Of a stretch of 64,000 nucleotides of DNA, positions 58,715 to 64,000 are shown piece by piece. The notes beneath the pieces were generated by a model that had not been told where the DNA came from, did not search any database, and was given only the letters and a program-made list of their open reading frames with translations. Positions within the stretch are counted from its first letter, which is position 1. Every line of letters starts with the position of its first letter. The DNA lies in assembly GCA_044343545.1 (NCBI GenBank), contig JAWBZR010000003.1, positions 1-64,000 of the forward strand. The letters run 5' to 3'. The translations under genes and the position numbers were made by a program. This stretch comes from Candidatus Aenigmatarchaeota archaeon. Its GTDB lineage: Archaea; Aenigmatarchaeota; Aenigmatarchaeia; CG10238-14.

Positions 58715-59358
58715 ATTTCTATCGCCTTTATTAAATCTTCCAGCTTTGGAACGGCACCTGAAATTATCAAAGTAGGTAAATTCTTTTCGTCTAACGGTGG
58801 TTTGAAATTTTTTAAAAGGTTGTTTATCAATTTTGAAATTTCTTTTTTTTCTTTTACGTAATTTAGCAAAAAGTATATATCGTAAAGATCTCTTACTTTT
58901 TGTCTTTTTTCATATGCCTTTATTTTTTCCTTAATTATTTCTTCTGGAGTTAAAGTGTAAACAATAATAAATGTTCCGTCAGATAATTCAAACTCTTTTG
59001 AAACATAGTTTTTTATGTTTTCAAAAACAACTTCGAATCTAATTATTGCATTGTTGTAGGCAAATGCTGAATATATGGAATTTTCTGTTTCTTTGAATTT
59101 TTGCGTTTGGAAGCCAATCTTTTCTAGATTTTCCCTGAATTTTTTTAATTGAGTTGAATTTTTTAGTTTTTTCGGTAAATATACATCTATATCTTCTGAA
59201 AATCTATTGCCAGAATAACACCTCCATATTGCTGTGCCGCCGTGTATGATAGGAGTAGTTAATGTTTTGTACATCTCAATTACCAATAAATCTTGGGCTA
59301 AAGCTATGTCTTTATGATGCTTTTTTTTGAGTTTTTTTTCTATTGGAAGTATGACCAT
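58702..59358 (-). CDS. AbiEii-family nucleotidyltransferase toxin
   Basis: HGGTAI, RFSEDID, EKI.A and RDLYD motifs. Confidence 0.9.
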   Translation of the reverse strand: MVILPIEKKLKKKHHKDIALAQDLLVIEMYKTLTTPIIHGGTAIWRCYSGNRFSEDIDVYLPKKLKNSTQLKKFRENLEKIGFQTQKFKETENSIYSAFAYNNAIIRFEVVFENIKNYVSKEFELSDGTFIIVYTLTPEEIIKEKIKAYEKRQKVRDLYDIYFLLNYVKEKKEISKLINNLLKNFKPPLDEKNLPTLIISGAVPKLEDLIKAIEIWAK

Positions 59359-59782
59359 AAATATAAATTAACCATACTTATATATAAATATAATTTTGGT
59401 TGATTTAATCTAAAATTTTATAAAATAATTTTAGAGTTTTTGGACTCCAAAACCTTAAATTAAAATACAGTTAAATTTTAATCATACCAAAATTAAATTG
59501 TTTTATTAGATTTTAATTTTTTGAATGTTTTTACATTTCATTTTTTTGGCTTGTAAGTGTATTTCTGCTTTTTTATTTTAACTTTTACTTGGTAGAATTT
59601 GTCGTTGAAGAAACATATTAAAAAATTTTATAATTTTTTAAGAATTTCCAACATTCCTTTATATCTTTTTATTATTCTAGAAATTTCCTTATCTATTTCA
59701 TTTAAAGGCACTTTCATCGTATCTATTCTATCATCAGGATATATTATTTATAATGGTACCTCTATTACAGATTCTAACTATT

Positions 59783-60838
59783 TTATAATGCTTTCTGTTT
59801 TTTATAAAATTCATGTTTTTTATATGAAATAAATTTTTTAAAATTATGAATGCCGTCATCATTACTTGTAATATTTTTAGATTTAAAAAATTTCATAGTT
59901 TTTCTTAATTTTGTTAACTCAAATAATTTAATAAATCCACCTTTTTTAAGAGATTGGTACCAAATTTTAACTTTAAAATTTGTATCATAAAACATCCAAA
60001 ATTGTAATAAAAAATTATATATTATATAATCAAATATCCACATCAACTTATCTTTTATTAATAAATTTTTATTACAAAAAATTTTTTTTGCTATATAAAT
60101 ATTCGATAAAAAACTGATAATAAAAGTGAAAAATATCATACCAAGTTTTTTATCAAGTTTTGAACAAAATTTGAAAAAAATCCTAAACATTTTTACATGT
60201 TTTTCAGAAAAATATAAAGGATTACCATCTATTTTATATACTTTATTGCCATAATTTAAAATTAATAGTAATTTGTAACCAAACTGATAAGAATCTATAA
60301 ATGTTTGATTAATTACATTTTTTAATCTTTTTTTAAGATAATAATTTGAATTATGAAATATAATAACTTTATTTAAGTGCTGCGGTTTTTCTTTAGTAAA
60401 GTAATGCCAATGTATTATACCTATTGGAGTTACATAATTTTTATTGAAAAATCTTATTAATATAGATTGAAATCTTTTTGACGGATAATCTTCTTTTCTT
60501 ACTATTGTAAATACATTAGATTTAAATGATTTATTTTTGCTTAAATTGTATAAACTTTTATCATTTATATTTTCATCATCTTCTATAATAAATATCCATC
60601 TATATTTACATAAAGAAAATCCTATATAATAAAAAAATACAGACGTCCCTAAAGGAGGAAAATTAAATATTCTTATTTTATTTTCTTTTTCTAAATGTTT
60701 TTTTATTTCATAATAAAATTCTAATTTGCTATTATCTAAAATTATTATTTCATCAAAATATTTTTTTAATTTTTTAGCTAATTTTATTACATTTTCCGGT
60801 TTATTCATCGAAATAATAATTGCAGATACTTTATTCAT
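59783..60838 (-). CDS. GT2-family glycosyltransferase
   Basis: VSAIIISMN, EIIILDNS, WIFIIEDDE and IIHW motifs; start reassigned to MNKVSA. Confidence 0.7.
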   Translation of the reverse strand: MNKVSAIIISMNKPENVIKLAKKLKKYFDEIIILDNSKLEFYYEIKKHLEKENKIRIFNFPPLGTSVFFYYIGFSLCKYRWIFIIEDDENINDKSLYNLSKNKSFKSNVFTIVRKEDYPSKRFQSILIRFFNKNYVTPIGIIHWHYFTKEKPQHLNKVIIFHNSNYYLKKRLKNVINQTFIDSYQFGYKLLLILNYGNKVYKIDGNPLYFSEKHVKMFRIFFKFCSKLDKKLGMIFFTFIISFLSNIYIAKKIFCNKNLLIKDKLMWIFDYIIYNFLLQFWMFYDTNFKVKIWYQSLKKGGFIKLFELTKLRKTMKFFKSKNITSNDDGIHNFKKFISYKKHEFYKKQKAL

Positions 60839-63197
60839 AAAGATACCTCGATATACTTTCATTATATAAACTTTTAACTTCATCTGATGACAAACTTTTA
60901 TTATAAATTCTAATTTCACCGACAATTATTTTTCCAAAATAACCAACCGGCTCTTTTGCAATAGTAATAGGATCTTTAAGATTTATTACATCATAAAAAT
61001 ACATATATTCATTATTTAATTCACCATCAACATAAATTTTTAAAAATGTTTTATTTTTAGAAATAGTAAACATATGCCAAGAATTTTCAATTCTAGAAGG
61101 TGAAGTATTAAAATCAAAAATATGCCAAACATAACTTGAATTTTGCAAATGAAAACTTATTCTAGTATAATTATTATTAATTTGTAAACTCCATTCTCTA
61201 TCTTTTCTTATTATGTTTTGAATTTTGTTATGTGTTGTACCATTGAGTTTTAGCCAAATAGATATTGTAAATGTTTCACCTGTTTCTAAAGAATCAGAAT
61301 GTGGAATATATATATATGAATTATTGCCGTTTAAATATAAAATGCAACTATTAAGTTTTGTTTTTAACCACACGCCATTATTTATTTTTCCATTATTTCC
61401 ATAACCCGAATAATCATAAATCATATCACCGGAACATTCGTCTATTTTCCAAAAACCTAATAAGTTGTCATGATTTTCAGTATATAGATTTACTTTGTAT
61501 ATAGTAATATTTTCTAATTTTAAAACCGGTGTGAAATATTTAAAAGATGTATTAATATATGTTTTTATTGTGTCATAATAAAATTGATTAACCAAAATAT
61601 AATTATTTTCAAATATTATAAAGCTAATATTGTTTTTTTCAAAAATTTCTCTTGGAAAATTTTGATTATTAAGATTTTCAAGAATTTTATGATATACATC
61701 CGATTTTGGAATATTAATTTTAGTATCATATAAATTGGAAATATAAAGAGGAATGTTGCTCATAAATGATTGTCGCCAATCAACAATACCATAAACTGGA
61801 ATCCAAATATAATTTTGATTTGGATTTTGCTTTATAAATTCAAAAACACTATCATAATATTGTGGTATACTCACTGGATTTAAAAGCTTAGAATATATTT
61901 TTGTTTGAACATAGAAATAGTAACAAACTGGCGGTAATATAATTACTAATGATAAAATGAGTATAAAAATAGGATATTTTTTTGTATAATAAATTAATAA
62001 TATGGAAACTAAAATAAAACCAAAAGAAAAAACTATATTTAAATTAGCAAGAGCATTTATAAATGGGGAAAAGATAATATTAGGTAAGATTTTAGAAATA
62101 TTTAATAATATTTTAGAAATAAAATTAGAATTATGAAACCCGTTCATAAAAAACATAAAAATAATTATCGTCAAAAAAATACCTAAAGAAATTTCATACA
62201 ACCAATTATTGTTTTTATTTAAAAAAATAATAGTTGACCAAAATACAAATGCAAATGGAAGGTAAACTAAAAAATTTGAAGGAAAAACAATTTGTTCTTT
62301 GTATATTATACTATATTTTGTATTTATTTCTTCTTCTTTAAATGAGAATGTTAATATGTTGATAAAAGGCTGGCCCCAATAATCAATTTTAGATTTTGTA
62401 AATTTTATCATTTCTTGAGTTGGATTAATATAAGTAAAGTATATAATATCAAAAAAAATATAACAACTAGATATAATAATTGGGAGGAAGAACAATAAAA
62501 AATATTTAAAATTTTTTTTGTAAATAACTATATTTAAATAGAGAAAAAATACGAAAGTATATGCCAGAATAAAAAATGGTGGATTTGCTACCAAAAAAAA
62601 TCCCACAAAGCCAAGTAAAATATTTTCGAAAATCAATTTTTTTATGTCAAAATTATTAATAAGTTTAAAATAAATATTGATCATAAGAGAAAAAAATATC
62701 GGCGCAAAAATATACGGTATTTGAAATTGAGGCAAAAAATAATTCTTAATAAGACCTGCATTTGTATATATATTAAAAGCGTAAAACAAAGAAAGTAGAT
62801 ATATTATTATATTAACAAAATTAGATTTATTTTTTGAAAATATCAAATTACTTATTTTATTTAAAGACAATATGGAAGAGCAAAAAGATAAATAATGATA
62901 AATTATAATTGATAGTTTCCATGATAAAATTTTATTTCTTAAAAAAAGAAATATTATTTCAACAATAATATAAGATGGGAAGAACCAAAAACCAAAAGGT
63001 GATTTAGACATTCTTAAAAATTCAGAAAAAGAGATAGCTGCCGATCCATTATCTACAAAACCGCTATATCCTTCTTTTAATAAGTATCTACATATTAATA
63101 AAGAAAATAAAATTGGAATGAAAAAATAAAACAATAATGTTTTTAAAATTTTTTTAAAATTTAACTTTTTACAATTTGTTTCCATTGGAATTGTCAC
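60831..63197 (-). CDS. Multi-TM (GT-C-like) membrane protein with C-terminal LamG/ConA-like domain
   Basis: About 12 TMs; SIPQYY; GFWKIDE.SG...DYSGYGNNG, FTISIW and IYVDGEL motifs. Confidence 0.7.
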   Translation of the reverse strand: MTIPMETNCKKLNFKKILKTLLFYFFIPILFSLLICRYLLKEGYSGFVDNGSAAISFSEFLRMSKSPFGFWFFPSYIIVEIIFLFLRNKILSWKLSIIIYHYLSFCSSILSLNKISNLIFSKNKSNFVNIIIYLLSLFYAFNIYTNAGLIKNYFLPQFQIPYIFAPIFFSLMINIYFKLINNFDIKKLIFENILLGFVGFFLVANPPFFILAYTFVFFLYLNIVIYKKNFKYFLLFFLPIIISSCYIFFDIIYFTYINPTQEMIKFTKSKIDYWGQPFINILTFSFKEEEINTKYSIIYKEQIVFPSNFLVYLPFAFVFWSTIIFLNKNNNWLYEISLGIFLTIIIFMFFMNGFHNSNFISKILLNISKILPNIIFSPFINALANLNIVFSFGFILVSILLIYYTKKYPIFILILSLVIILPPVCYYFYVQTKIYSKLLNPVSIPQYYDSVFEFIKQNPNQNYIWIPVYGIVDWRQSFMSNIPLYISNLYDTKINIPKSDVYHKILENLNNQNFPREIFEKNNISFIIFENNYILVNQFYYDTIKTYINTSFKYFTPVLKLENITIYKVNLYTENHDNLLGFWKIDECSGDMIYDYSGYGNNGKINNGVWLKTKLNSCILYLNGNNSYIYIPHSDSLETGETFTISIWLKLNGTTHNKIQNIIRKDREWSLQINNNYTRISFHLQNSSYVWHIFDFNTSPSRIENSWHMFTISKNKTFLKIYVDGELNNEYMYFYDVINLKDPITIAKEPVGYFGKIIVGEIRIYNKSLSSDEVKSLYNESISRYLYE

Positions 63198-64000
63198 CTT
63201 TTTTAATTTTTAAAAGTAAATTAAATGCATCTATAGTTCCAGAAAAATATGCTTTTATTAATATCAACTTTTTTTTTAAACTAAAATCAGATTTAAGTAA
63301 AATATTTATAATATAGAATAACAAAATTATCCAATTAAAAATTGAAACAAAAATAATAAATTCGTATAAATTCGAATATTTAAAATGAAAAATTATTCTG
63401 TTTCTAGCAGTAAAATATGTTCTACTATATGTTTCAAAACCTGTAAATTTTGTTCTTTTAGCATTATGCCAAATTTTAGCGTCTGTATTACAAAAAATTC
63501 TAAATTTTGATTGTTTAACTCTTTGACAAAAATCTGCTTCATCATAATGGATAGGGAATTCTTTATGATTTAATAATCCAACTTTATAAAAAACTTTCCT
63601 TCTTACCATAAAAGCATTTGGAAAATCGTCAGATGGTATTAATTTTTTTATTTTACCATTATCTATTTTATCTTTGTAGATAAAAAGTGTTGAAGATGTT
63701 ACCATATTTCTTCTTATACCAGCACACCAAATTCTTTTTGGATCAGAAAGATAATACATAGTTGGCCCTAATACTCCTATCATATTATCTTTTTCCATTG
63801 TTTTAACAAGTTCAAAAATACAATTCTTATCTATTACATTATCATCATCTATTAAAAAAACATAATCACCTACTGAATTTTTAATACCAATATTTCTAGA
63901 ATTTGCCAAAAGAAGATTTTTTTTATTTCTAATAATTTTTACAGATGGATACTTTTTTCTTATTAAATCATATGTTCCATCAGTAGAGGCATCATCTATG
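63169..64000 (-). CDS. GT2-family glycosyltransferase, partial (5' end beyond window)
   Basis: Frame open to the edge: IDDASTDGT...SRNIG, FLIDDDN and YDEADFC motifs. Confidence 0.9.
   Translation of the reverse strand, partial: IDDASTDGTYDLIRKKYPSVKIIRNKKNLLLANSRNIGIKNSVGDYVFLIDDDNVIDKNCIFELVKTMEKDNMIGVLGPTMYYLSDPKRIWCAGIRRNMVTSSTLFIYKDKIDNGKIKKLIPSDDFPNAFMVRRKVFYKVGLLNHKEFPIHYDEADFCQRVKQSKFRIFCNTDAKIWHNAKRTKFTGFETYSRTYFTARNRIIFHFKYSNLYEFIIFVSIFNWIILLFYIINILLKSDFSLKKKLILIKAYFSGTIDAFNLLLKIKKGDNSNGNKL

Noticed and set aside
59500..59832. Track ORF 59599-59832 and minus-strand fragments
   Set aside because: Low-complexity AT-rich sequence with stops; no supportable product

Overview
AT-rich, gene-dense archaeal chromosomal segment. 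The gene set (rpoE'/spt4, gatD, rfcS/rfcL, mre11/rad50, topA, ftsZ, bpsA, intron-containing tRNAs, GGTGA Shine-Dalgarno motifs, many Cys/Thr-rich surface proteins) suggests a thermophilic DPANN archaeon, possibly Aenigmarchaeota-like; this is inference only. Two candidate novel surface systems stand out. (1) 5.4-14.0 kb: an operon of five type IV pilin-like proteins carrying cargo domains (GH5-like glycosidase plus M23 peptidase, vWA, a Trp/Cys-rich domain, a Cys/Pro-rich domain), followed by a HerA/FtsK-family ATPase. (2) 41.4-53.4 kb: a locus with two paralogous putative fibre subunits, three PapD-like Ig-domain proteins and Cys-rich adhesin-like proteins, resembling an usher-less donor-strand fimbrial system. 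Other points of note are a tRNA-Met intron at 38/39 that appears to carry a C/D guide for its own C34, accessory pseudogenes broken almost only by +1 insertions, a degenerate OTCase, a pLGIC, an archaeosortase, a possible PT-TG polymorphic toxin, two TA modules and a very AT-rich glycosylation island at the right end. All calls come from reading motifs by eye; no searches were run.
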